IMG/VR virus record: IMGVR_UViG_3300009040_000001
Direction: 5' to 3' (one strand)
Length of the DNA stretch: 37,372 bases
Origin: a virus
Made by a program: the position numbers and the translations under genes. Shown piece after piece: positions 1 to 7,535 of the stretch (the first letter of the stretch is position 1; each line of letters begins with the position of its first letter). The notes beneath the pieces were generated by a model that saw only the letters and a list, made by a program, of their open reading frames with translations, was not told the DNA's origin and ran no database searches.

Positions 1-123
1 ACGGCCTCAAGAAGGCGCATGTCGGCAACCCGAAGCTCATGCTCGGGCTCGTCGCCGGTGGCGTGATCCGGCTCACCCGCGGCCCGTCCGGCCTGCTGCC
101 GGAGGATGCCGCCCTGCAGGGCG
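1..123. repeat. Terminal direct repeat, copy A (identical to 37250-37372)
   Basis: Base-by-base comparison of the first 123 nt (acggcctcaagaaggcgcatg...ccctgcagggcg) with the last 123 nt. Confidence 0.97.
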
Positions 124-419
124 TCGCCGGCGTCCTCGCCACCGCCGAGGGCGTCGAGGACGGGCTCACCATCGCCCTCGCCGCGCCGGAGGCCCGCGTG
201 TGGGCGGCAACCTCCCTCGGCAACCTCGCCAACGTCCCCGTCGAGCATCCCTGCGTGTCGGCCGTGGTGGTCGCGCAGGACAACGACTGGGGGAAAGCTC
301 AGGCGGTCGACGCCTTCAACGCCGCGATCGAGCGGATGGAGGCGGCGGGCCGGCCTGTGAGCGTGCTCCGGAGCCACTGGGGCAAGGATGTGAACGACGC
401 TGTGAGGACGGACGAATGA
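1..419 (+). CDS. Toprim-domain DNA primase-like protein, 3' part (nt 1-123 duplicate 37250-37372)
   Basis: Toprim signatures ATAEGVEDGLT (conserved Glu) and VVVAQDNDWGK (DxD). Stop TGA 417-419. Confidence 0.8.
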   Translation, partial: GLKKAHVGNPKLMLGLVAGGVIRLTRGPSGLLPEDAALQGVAGVLATAEGVEDGLTIALAAPEARVWAATSLGNLANVPVEHPCVSAVVVAQDNDWGKAQAVDAFNAAIERMEAAGRPVSVLRSHWGKDVNDAVRTDE

Positions 420-1702
420 CCGATGACCCCAAAGACGACGGCGGCCAGTTTCTCGAGGGCCTCGCCCCCCTCCGCGATCGCGATCCGGCCGCGTTCGCGG
501 CCTACTCCGCGGCCGCCTCGGTGCTGCTCTCCGGCAGCGACGAGGACCTGAACCCGGTGTTCTGGCCGAGCCTCGGCGTCGCGGAGGGCCGGAACGTCGA
601 GGGCGAGATCGCCCTTACCATCGAGGTCCTGGCGCCCTTCGTGCGCGGCAACCCCGGCGTCGCGCCGGAGGCCCTGTACCGGCACGCCAGCGCCGCCGGC
701 GTGCATGACGGGGCCGGCGACGGCTGGGCCGAGCTCGGCACCGGCCCGCGCTCGAGCTACACCGCCTTCGCCCGTGTGCTCGAGATCGTCGACCGCGAGC
801 GGATGTCGGCCGCGGCAGCCGCGCACCTGGCGGCGCCGGCCGAGCTGCCGCAGGCGGATTTCGTCGACGTCGAGGACACGATCCTGCGGGTCGGCGCCGA
901 CGCCACCGATCCGGTGGCCGGCTTCGGCGAGGACCGGGTGATGACGATCATCCCGGCGTCGGGCAAGGCCGCCGGCTCCTGGCAGGTGCCCGGCCAGGCG
1001 CCCCCGCCCGTCGAGAGCAACATCACCCGGCCGGCGCCGTTCATGCCCTCCCTGCGCGGGCCGGACGGGAGCGATCGCAGCGGGCACGGCGCCGACGCGC
1101 CGCCGGCCGAGCCGCAGGCGCCGATCGCCGGCGCGCCCGCGATCGGCGGGAGCCTGGCACCGGGTGGGGCGGTGCCGCTCGGCCACGGCTTCGACGGCGA
1201 CGCGGGGTTCACGCCGATCGCCGGCGACCTGGCCCAGGCCGCGAAGGACGCGGCGGCTCTCTCGAGCGTCGCCGCGGAGCCGGCCCGGCCGGGCGGCGTC
1301 GACGATCCGCAGGGCGACCGCAACGCGCCGGAGAGCGGCGGCCGCCCGCCGGCCGAGCCCGCCGCCGATCCCGTCATCGATGAGGAGGACGCGCGCGATG
1401 CGCAGGATGCGGCACCCGCTGGCGAGGCCCGGCCCGATGCTGCCGGCGGACCGGCGGGAGCTGCTCCGGCTGATCCGCCTGCCGCTGGCGCGGGCGCTCC
1501 GGACGGGGCGGGTCCTGGCGATCACGGCGATGCCGCGGGCGGCACGGACGCGGATGCGCCTGGCGAGGCGGATCGGCCTGCGGCGGTGGCGGATGCTGCA
1601 GCTCAGGACGCCGGAGTGAGCGAGCCGGCGGCCGACCGGGAGCCGACGCCGGACCCGGCGCCGGAACCGGAGGCGAAGCCGGCGAAGAAGCGCCGCCGCT
1701 GA
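416..1702 (+). CDS. Hypothetical protein (428 aa): roughly 200-aa N-terminal region plus a roughly 230-aa Pro/Ala/Asp/Gly-rich low-complexity tail ending KKRRR
   Basis: ATG 416 overlaps the primase stop (ATGA). Same frame as track ORF 200..1702, whose upstream extension would overlap the primase. Sits between primase and helicase. Confidence 0.6.
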   Translation: MTDDPKDDGGQFLEGLAPLRDRDPAAFAAYSAAASVLLSGSDEDLNPVFWPSLGVAEGRNVEGEIALTIEVLAPFVRGNPGVAPEALYRHASAAGVHDGAGDGWAELGTGPRSSYTAFARVLEIVDRERMSAAAAAHLAAPAELPQADFVDVEDTILRVGADATDPVAGFGEDRVMTIIPASGKAAGSWQVPGQAPPPVESNITRPAPFMPSLRGPDGSDRSGHGADAPPAEPQAPIAGAPAIGGSLAPGGAVPLGHGFDGDAGFTPIAGDLAQAAKDAAALSSVAAEPARPGGVDDPQGDRNAPESGGRPPAEPAADPVIDEEDARDAQDAAPAGEARPDAAGGPAGAAPADPPAAGAGAPDGAGPGDHGDAAGGTDADAPGEADRPAAVADAAAQDAGVSEPAADREPTPDPAPEPEAKPAKKRRR

Positions 1703-1772
1703 GCCCGATCGCGGCCGCCGGTGCGCCGGCGGCCGCCCTCCCTCGTGACAGCGGCCCGGCCGCACAGGACCC

Positions 1773-3641
1773 ATGGCATCCCGTTCCGGTCTCAAGGGCG
1801 TCCGCGCCGCGTTCTCCGATGCCCTGGCGCAGCACGCCGCCGATGCGCAGCCGAGCGACCCGCCGGCCGAGGAGAACCGCCACGGCTTTCCGCCTGGTGG
1901 CTGGCCCGGCGGTCCGGTCTCGCACCTTCCGCCCGAGTGCCCAGTGATCCCGCTCGGCAAGGACGGCGACACGACCTACTTCGTCGACACGCTCGGGCAG
2001 CTCCGGGCCGTCAACGTGAACCGGTGGGGGAAGAAAATCCTCCTCGACTTGTTCGCGCACCAGCCGAACTATCTCACCTGGGCGTGGCCGCGGCTCTCGG
2101 CGCCGAAGGACGGCAAACCCTCGCGCATCAACGGGCTCGAGGTCGACGACGCCTGTGCCTGCCTGCTCAAGGCGGCGTCCAGCCGCGGGCTGTTCGCGCC
2201 GGTCGACCGGGTGCGTGGCCGCGGCGCCTGGATCGTGAAGGGGAGCGGCGAGCTCGTCTGGCACTCCGGACAGGGGCTCTGGCGCGTCTCGACCCACGGC
2301 AAGCTGCAGGTGTCGCGGCCCGGCGAGGTCGACGGCACCTTCTACCCGCGCCGGCCGCCGGTGCTCGAGCCGTGGCGCGAGGCGGTGCCGGCCGAGCAGA
2401 GCCCGGCGCACGACCTCATCGCGGCGTTCCAGTCGTGGAAGTGGGAGCGGCCGCTGCTCGACCCGATCCTCTTGCTCGGATGGATCGGCGCGGCGTTCCT
2501 CGGCGCCGCCCTCGACTGGCGGCCGGCGCTGTTTATCACCGGGGATTACGGGCAGGGCAAATCGACCCTGCAGGCCATCATCAAGGAGGTCATCGGCGAC
2601 GCGCTGCACGCGACCGCCGACACGACGCCGGCCGGCATCTACCAGCGGGTGAAACAGGACTGCCTGCCCGTCGCCGTCGACGAGCTCGAGGCGGACGCGG
2701 ACAACCGCCGGGCGGTCGGCGTGGTGCGCCTGGCGCGGCTCGCGGCCTCCGGCGGCGTGATGTACCGCGGCGGCTCCGAGCACGAGGGCGTCGAGTTTCA
2801 GGCGAGGAATGCGTTCTTCTTCTCGGCGATCAACCCGCCGCCGCTCGGCCCGCAGGACCGCTCGCGCATGGCGCTGCTCAACCTGCGCAAGCTCGAGCAG
2901 GGCGGCGCCCGGCCGGAAATCCCCGGCGCGATCGACACGTTCGGCCGCCAGTTCCTCCGGCAGCTCATGGACGGCTGGAAGCACTGGCCCCGCACCCTCA
3001 ACGGCTGGAAGGACGCCATGCGCGACGCCGGCCTCGACGGGCGCACGCAGGACACCTACGGCACGCTGCTCGCCTGCGCGACCATGCTGCTCGGCGATGC
3101 CGGCATGGAGGCGGCCGGCCTGCCCGTCACCGAGCCCGGCCTCCTCGGCCCGCTGATCGCCGAGGCGACGGCGGCCGAGCGCGGCGAGCGTACGGCCAAC
3201 TGGCGGGCCTGCCTCGAGCACCTGCTCGCGAGCCCGATCGAGGCGTGGAAGGGCGGCGAGAAGCCGACCGTGGGCGGCTGCATCGAGCTGCTCGAGGCGA
3301 ACCACACGCCGCTCGACACGCTCAACAAGTCGACGGAACCGCTCGATGCGGCGCGCACGCGCCTGGCGCTCGCCGGCCTCGGCCTGGTGGCGCCCGGCAA
3401 GGTCTGCGCGGGGCCGGCGCTCGCGATCCCGGCGACGTCGCCGCTCCTGACCAAGCTGTTCGCCGGCACGATCTGGGGCGCCGGCGTGTGGATGCACGCC
3501 CTGAAACAGGGGCCGGCAGACGTGGTGATCCGCGACCGGGGCAATGCGCAGGTGGTGAAGATCAACCGCGTGGCGACGCGCTGCGTGCTCGTCGACATGC
3601 AGGCTTTCGACACGGTTACGAAGGTGGAGGATGAGGGATGA
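1773..3641 (+). CDS. P-loop NTPase, putative replicative helicase (P4-alpha/D5/DUF927-like class)
   Basis: 622 aa. Walker A ITGDYGQGKST, Walker B LPVAVDELEAD. Located just downstream of the primase, as in primase-helicase modules. Family call is from pattern only. Confidence 0.75.
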   Translation: MASRSGLKGVRAAFSDALAQHAADAQPSDPPAEENRHGFPPGGWPGGPVSHLPPECPVIPLGKDGDTTYFVDTLGQLRAVNVNRWGKKILLDLFAHQPNYLTWAWPRLSAPKDGKPSRINGLEVDDACACLLKAASSRGLFAPVDRVRGRGAWIVKGSGELVWHSGQGLWRVSTHGKLQVSRPGEVDGTFYPRRPPVLEPWREAVPAEQSPAHDLIAAFQSWKWERPLLDPILLLGWIGAAFLGAALDWRPALFITGDYGQGKSTLQAIIKEVIGDALHATADTTPAGIYQRVKQDCLPVAVDELEADADNRRAVGVVRLARLAASGGVMYRGGSEHEGVEFQARNAFFFSAINPPPLGPQDRSRMALLNLRKLEQGGARPEIPGAIDTFGRQFLRQLMDGWKHWPRTLNGWKDAMRDAGLDGRTQDTYGTLLACATMLLGDAGMEAAGLPVTEPGLLGPLIAEATAAERGERTANWRACLEHLLASPIEAWKGGEKPTVGGCIELLEANHTPLDTLNKSTEPLDAARTRLALAGLGLVAPGKVCAGPALAIPATSPLLTKLFAGTIWGAGVWMHALKQGPADVVIRDRGNAQVVKINRVATRCVLVDMQAFDTVTKVEDEG

Positions 3642-3871
3642 ATGAAGAAACACGCCACACAAAGGTCATCATAGGACTAGGGGGCTGCAAGTTGGAAATT
3701 GATCTCGACACGGGCGGCGGCCGGTTCATCTCGAGCCGGGGCTATGACTACGTACCGTCGGATGATGGCGGCGAGGATATATCGCAGCCGCTCAGCCCGG
3801 AAGGGCTTCGACACCTGCGCAACAGCCTCGATCAGTTCCTACCCTGCACCCTTGCCACGAAGGGGCGCTGA
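3638..3871 (+). CDS. Hypothetical small protein (77 aa)
   Basis: ATG overlaps the helicase stop (ATGA). Visibly lower GC than the flanks. No recognisable motif. Confidence 0.5.
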   Translation: MNEETRHTKVIIGLGGCKLEIDLDTGGGRFISSRGYDYVPSDDGGEDISQPLSPEGLRHLRNSLDQFLPCTLATKGR

Positions 3872-3913
3872 ATTCGACGGAGGGGGCATCCGCCCAACTG
3901 AGGAGGGAAGGCC

Positions 3914-4201
3914 ATGGCAATTGAGATGAGCGGACGGATGCCCGAGGGCTCCGAATGCAGGGTAGACATCTATCTCGTATCCGACAGCACAGAGATCGAA
4001 GTCGTCGTCGGGATCGCGGGCCTGACCGTTGTACCTGCGTTCAATAATGCTCCGGGCGATCCCCTTAAGCTCGTGGCGTCTTTAGGTGCAGCCGCCGAGC
4101 CCCTGTCCAACATCGCGCAGGACTGGCGGTATATGAGCCGCGCCGAGATCAGGGACTACAAGCATCGTCTGGAGAACCCTGACGAGGATGACGAGCTGTA
4201 G
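3914..4201 (+). CDS. Hypothetical small acidic protein (95 aa)
   Basis: Strong SD GAGGAGGGAAGG just upstream of ATG 3914. Acidic C-terminus ENPDEDDEL. Confidence 0.55.
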   Translation: MAIEMSGRMPEGSECRVDIYLVSDSTEIEVVVGIAGLTVVPAFNNAPGDPLKLVASLGAAAEPLSNIAQDWRYMSRAEIRDYKHRLENPDEDDEL

Positions 4202-4268
4202 GCGGACAGAGCATCCGCCTGGCCGCCCGCACCCTGATCCTCGTGCTCGGCCCCTGATCCACATCCTC

Positions 4269-4292
4269 GACGCGCCCCGACCCTGGCGCGTC
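4269..4292 (+). terminator. GC hairpin downstream of the early/replication operon (possible terminator)
   Basis: GACGCGCC-N8-GGCGCGTC, followed by gtcgtctgcctttcc. There is no clean U-tract. Confidence 0.35.
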
Positions 4293-4449
4293 GTCGTCTG
4301 CCTTTCCCCGACCCTCAGAGGGGGGGAGGATAATTCGGCGCGAGGGCTCGCGGTGCGGTCGCGGGCCTGAGAAGCCGCGCGACGCCCTCGCACTTAATAC
4401 GGGCCAAGCGCGTGCGAGGCTGCGACGTGGCCGATGGCAGCGCCGGGCC

Positions 4450-4699
4450 GGTTACAGGTTACAGACGCGGTTACATCGGCTGTAACCCGGATTTCTCAGC
4501 AACCTGAGAGGGTTAGGGGTGCGGTTATGCGGTTACATCCGCTTCGCGCGCGCGTGACATATGCAGGCGTACACGCGTGCGTATGGGGTTGTTTGTAACT
4601 CTGTAACCTGTAACCGATGGAGCTAAGTTGTTGAAGGGCCAAGCAAAGCGCGGTTACTCGACGGTTACAGGCGGCGCCGATCCGCGCCGGGCTGTAACC
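4450..4699. repeat. Iteron field: about 12 copies of GGTTAC(A)/TGTAACC in both orientations
   Basis: Forward copies at 4450, 4457, 4469, 4523 (GGTTAT), 4531, 4652 and 4663. Reverse copies at 4481, 4594 (TGTAACT), 4602, 4609 and 4693. The tandem pair ggttacaggttacag (4450-4464) is mirrored by ctgtaacctgtaacc (4601-4615). Confidence 0.9.
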
Positions 4700-4763
4700 G
4701 CGTCCGCGCCCTGCCAGCGTGCCCGGATCGGCGGAAAGCAATTAAATATCAGGTGTTTATGCC

Positions 4764-5366
4764 ATGAAGCCGGGCGTTAAGGCGTCTCTCGACGCGGCCG
4801 GCGGCGCCGCTGCGGTGCGCGAGGCCGAGGAGGCCCGGCGCGCCGCCGAGGGCGAGCAACTGCCGCTCCTCGCCGAGGAGAACGACCGGCTCGACGAGCT
4901 GCTGCCCCTGGCGCCGCCGCCGGCGAAGCGCGGGCCGGGCCGGCCGCCTGGGGCGCGGAACAAGCGGACGCAACAGCTCGCCGGCTACCTCATGGGCCGG
5001 TACGGGGACCCGCTCGAGGGCCTGTTCGCCATGGGAACGGGCGATCTGGCCCACACACACCGCATGTTGAAGGCCGCCGCGGCGGCGACCGGCCTGCCGA
5101 TCGGCCCCGTCGACGTGATGGGGCTGCTCGTCTTCAAGCGGCAGTGCCTCGAGGCCGTGATGCCCTTCGTGCACGCGCGCCTGGCGCCGACCGACGACAA
5201 GGGCGATCCGGTCGTGCCGATCCTGGCGCTCGGCACCGTGCGGCCTGGGGCGGCCGAGGCGGTCGCGCGAGGCGGGGCGCTCTCGATCGAAGACATGATC
5301 GACCTGACGCCGGTCGCGGGAGACGAAAGCGAGCCGGATCAAGGGCTTAGCGAGGGCGGGCCGTGA
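4764..5366 (+). CDS. terS: Putative terminase small subunit
   Basis: 200 aa, immediately upstream of terL. The basic motif KRGPGRPPGARNKRT is typical of small-terminase DNA-binding N-termini. Call rests on position plus motif only. Confidence 0.6.
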   Translation: MKPGVKASLDAAGGAAAVREAEEARRAAEGEQLPLLAEENDRLDELLPLAPPPAKRGPGRPPGARNKRTQQLAGYLMGRYGDPLEGLFAMGTGDLAHTHRMLKAAAAATGLPIGPVDVMGLLVFKRQCLEAVMPFVHARLAPTDDKGDPVVPILALGTVRPGAAEAVARGGALSIEDMIDLTPVAGDESEPDQGLSEGGP

Positions 5367-5392
5367 AGGGTCGCACGGTCGAGGGTCGCACG
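5367..5392 (+). repeat. Two direct copies of AGGGTCGCACG (15-nt period), starting at the first base after the terS stop
   Basis: Copies at 5367-5377 and 5382-5392. The same 11-mer or close variants recur at 26097 and several times in 30775-31050. Confidence 0.9.
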
Positions 5393-5494
5393 ATCCGGGC
5401 TAACGCGTTGGCCGGCAACGGCTTTCGGGCTGGCGGGCGCATGACCGGAAGTCATCGCTCCGGCCGCCGCGCCCCCCCTCCGGGGGCCTCGCGC

Positions 5495-5516
5495 GCGCGC
5501 CGGGGCCCCGGCGCGC
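5495..5516. repeat. 22-bp perfect GC palindrome in the terS-terL gap
   Basis: gcgcgccggggccccggcgcgc, checked by pairing outward from 5505|5506. Confidence 0.9.
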
Positions 5517-5649
5517 CCTCCAAAACGCGCGCGGGCCCACCCCCTCAGGGGTGCTTGGTCTCACACACGGGCCGAAACTGGATCGCCCCCAGGCCGGGTG
5601 TGGGGAGCCGGAACCGGGCCGCGGGTCCGGGAACGCCGAGGGCAGGGGT

Positions 5650-7161
5650 ATGACCGACGTCCCCGTGCTCGCTGGCGACGTCTCGCTGTGGGAATGGACC
5701 ACGCCCGGCCCCGTCGCGACCGCCTACCTGCAGAGCAAATCGCCGCTCGATTTCATCATGGGGCCGGCGGGCTCGGGCAAGACCACGACGAGCGTCGTCA
5801 AGTGTGCGCTCAACACGCTGCAGATGCCAGTCTGCAAAGACGGTACGATCCGAGCCCTAGGTTGCGTCGTTCGCGACAATTATCGGACGCTCTACCGAAC
5901 GACACTTGAGACTTGGTTCCGCATCTTCCCGCGCAACTTCCCCGGTTCTCACTTCGAGGGCGGGCAGGACCGGCCGGCGAAGCACCGCATCACCTTCCGC
6001 ACGCCCCGCGGGCAGCTCGTCGAGATGACGGTCGACTTCTACGCGGTCGGCGATCACGCGATCGAGGACCTCCTCAAGGGATACGAACCCTCATGGGCCT
6101 GGATCAACGAGGCGGACCTCTTGCACGAGCGGGTCGCGACCTTCCTGTACGGCCGCACCGGCCGAAACCCGCCGCGCTCGATGCTGCAGGACCCGCAGGC
6201 GCTCGTCCCGCGCCAGGTGTTCGCCGACCTCAACCCGCCGGACGTCGACCACTGGATTTACCGGGATTTCGTCGAGAAGCCGATCGACGGCTACCAGCTC
6301 CACCAGCAGCCGGACGGCCTCTCCGACGCCGCGGAGAACCGCCAGGGCGTATCGCGGGCCTATTACGAGGAGATGGCGCGCCTGCTCCCCGAGCGGGACG
6401 TGGTGCGCTTCGTCAACGGCCGGTTCGGGTACAGCCTGAGCGGCAAGCCGGTGTACCCCGAATTCCATGAGGCGGTGCACTGCTCGCCGACGCCCCTCGT
6501 CCCGGTGCCGCAGCTCCCGCTGCACGCCGGCTACGATCAGGGCCTGTCGCCGGCGGGCATCCTGTTTCAACAGATGCCCAACGGACAGCTCCGGTTCTAC
6601 GCCGAAGTTGTGCCTGGGCATGGCATCGGCCCGGCCCGCTTCTCTGAGAAGTGGGCGCCAGTGCTGCAAGAGCCCCGGTTCCGCGGGTGCCCGCCCGGCG
6701 CCCACACCGCCGACCCGGCAGGCTTTTATGGCGCGGACCGGCAGGCCGGTGAACTTGCGTGGGCGGAAACGATCTCGCGGGCGATCGGCATCCCCATCAT
6801 GCCGGCGCCGACGCAGGAACCCGGCATCCGTATGGACAGCCTGCGTATCCCCATGACGACGGCGATAGACGGTCGCCTTCCTGGTCTGCTCCTCGACCCG
6901 TCGTGCCGGATGCTCCGCTCCGGCCTGGCCGCCCAGTACAAATTCCCCCGCCAGCGTCAGGACACCCGCGACGTCTACGGCGACCGCCCCGTGAAGAATG
7001 AATGGTCGCACCCATGCGAGGCGGCGCAGTACGGCGTCCTCGGCGTGCGCGGCCGCGCCGGCATCATCAACAGCGCCGCCCAAGCCGGCCGCCCCGGTAA
7101 CGTCATCCCGATCGACACGGGCCGGCGCCAGGCGACCGACTTCAACGTCTGGAACGTGTGA
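5650..7161 (+). CDS. terL: Terminase large subunit
   Basis: 503 aa from ATG 5650 (SD gagggcagggg). Walker A GPAGSGKTT, Walker B SWAWINEAD. The C-terminal half is consistent with an RNaseH-like nuclease. The track ORF 5551 start adds an Arg/Gly-rich leader that is unlikely to be real. Confidence 0.9.
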   Translation: MTDVPVLAGDVSLWEWTTPGPVATAYLQSKSPLDFIMGPAGSGKTTTSVVKCALNTLQMPVCKDGTIRALGCVVRDNYRTLYRTTLETWFRIFPRNFPGSHFEGGQDRPAKHRITFRTPRGQLVEMTVDFYAVGDHAIEDLLKGYEPSWAWINEADLLHERVATFLYGRTGRNPPRSMLQDPQALVPRQVFADLNPPDVDHWIYRDFVEKPIDGYQLHQQPDGLSDAAENRQGVSRAYYEEMARLLPERDVVRFVNGRFGYSLSGKPVYPEFHEAVHCSPTPLVPVPQLPLHAGYDQGLSPAGILFQQMPNGQLRFYAEVVPGHGIGPARFSEKWAPVLQEPRFRGCPPGAHTADPAGFYGADRQAGELAWAETISRAIGIPIMPAPTQEPGIRMDSLRIPMTTAIDGRLPGLLLDPSCRMLRSGLAAQYKFPRQRQDTRDVYGDRPVKNEWSHPCEAAQYGVLGVRGRAGIINSAAQAGRPGNVIPIDTGRRQATDFNVWNV

Positions 7162-7181
7162 TTTTCAAGGTGGATAGAAAA

Positions 7182-7535
7182 ATGCATACAATGATCGAAT
7201 GGAGATCGGAGGAAGATGCTCTTCCAAAAATCGGCCAGTCCGTATTGCTGGCGTCGCCGAGGCAATTAGGCGAATACTGGGATTTGTCGTCGTCTATGAT
7301 CCTCGTAAAGCACGAGGGCGTTGTCCCGCGACCTATCCGTAAGGGTAGTGCGTGGCCAACCGACTTTTGGTGGGGCGACGGCAGAGATCCAAAGAATATC
7401 CGCTTGATAACCGGAAACGCTTGGTGGGCCTCATGGACTGATATCTCGCTACCCCCAGGAGCGGTACATAAGTCTATCCGCGGATACGACGTGATAGAGC
7501 AGATCGGTACGATCTTCATCCCGCAGAACCGCTGA
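7182..7535 (+). CDS. Hypothetical protein, DUF551-like (low-GC moron)
   Basis: SD AAGGTGGA lies 8 nt before ATG 7182 (alternative GTG at 7158 overlaps the terL stop). MIEWRSEEDALPKIGQSVLL ... AWWASWTDISLPPG recalls the DUF551 pattern (W-x-S-x-x-D-x-LP ... HWMPLPxPP). GC is far below the neighbours by eye. Confidence 0.6.
   Translation: MHTMIEWRSEEDALPKIGQSVLLASPRQLGEYWDLSSSMILVKHEGVVPRPIRKGSAWPTDFWWGDGRDPKNIRLITGNAWWASWTDISLPPGAVHKSIRGYDVIEQIGTIFIPQNR

Noticed and set aside
1-123. Reading the 123-bp terminal repeat as a genuine T7-like physical direct terminal repeat.
   Set aside because: It lies in the middle of an essential coding sequence, and the phage carries an integrase and attP that require circularisation. 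An assembly overlap of a circular or permuted genome is the simpler reading. Only read-end analysis can settle it.
200-1702. The upstream-extended starts offered by the ORF track (200, 5551, 10813, 13479, 13772, 14383, 22012, 28538, 29776, 30243, 34259, 34890, 35501, 35550, and 34386 on the minus strand).
   Set aside because: The extensions overlap the preceding gene or regulatory DNA and encode Arg/Gly-rich junk. Internal ATG, GTG or TTG codons with SD sequences or stop/start overlaps give compact, conventional gene junctions.
1374-3662. Very long antisense or alternative-frame ORFs: 1374..3662 (-) 762 aa, 299..1972 (-), 17586..19754 (-), 22018..23949 (-), 23682..25493 (+), 26092..27132 (-), 28424..29770 (-), 15943..17376 (-) and others.
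   Set aside because: They are Arg/Gly/Pro/Ala-rich translations with no motifs. They fully overlap genes that carry clear family signatures on the other strand or frame. This is the expected artefact of stop-codon scarcity in high-GC DNA.
4255-4263. TGATCCACA as a functional DnaA box defining the origin.
   Set aside because: It is a single 9-mer with one mismatch. A second 8-mer match occurs by chance inside the Rha-like gene (about 24972). The expected random frequency is of order one per genome, so it is suggestive only in combination with the iteron field.
4450-4699. The GGTTACA array as a CRISPR array or tRNA-like element.
   Set aside because: The units are only 6-7 nt, are irregularly spaced and occur in both orientations. 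There is no 25-40-nt repeat/spacer periodicity and no cloverleaf-compatible sequence.
5363-5653. A 96-aa ORF (+) and a 100-aa ORF (5400..5702, -) filling the terS-terL gap.
   Set aside because: Both translate to Arg/Gly/Pro-rich low-information sequence without an SD. I treated the region as non-coding.
7004-7012. GGTCGCAC inside terL, and GGGTCGCAAGG (reverse, about 36341) inside the 36173 ORF, as further functional copies of the dispersed motif.
   Set aside because: They are shorter, imperfect matches within coding sequence and are compatible with chance.
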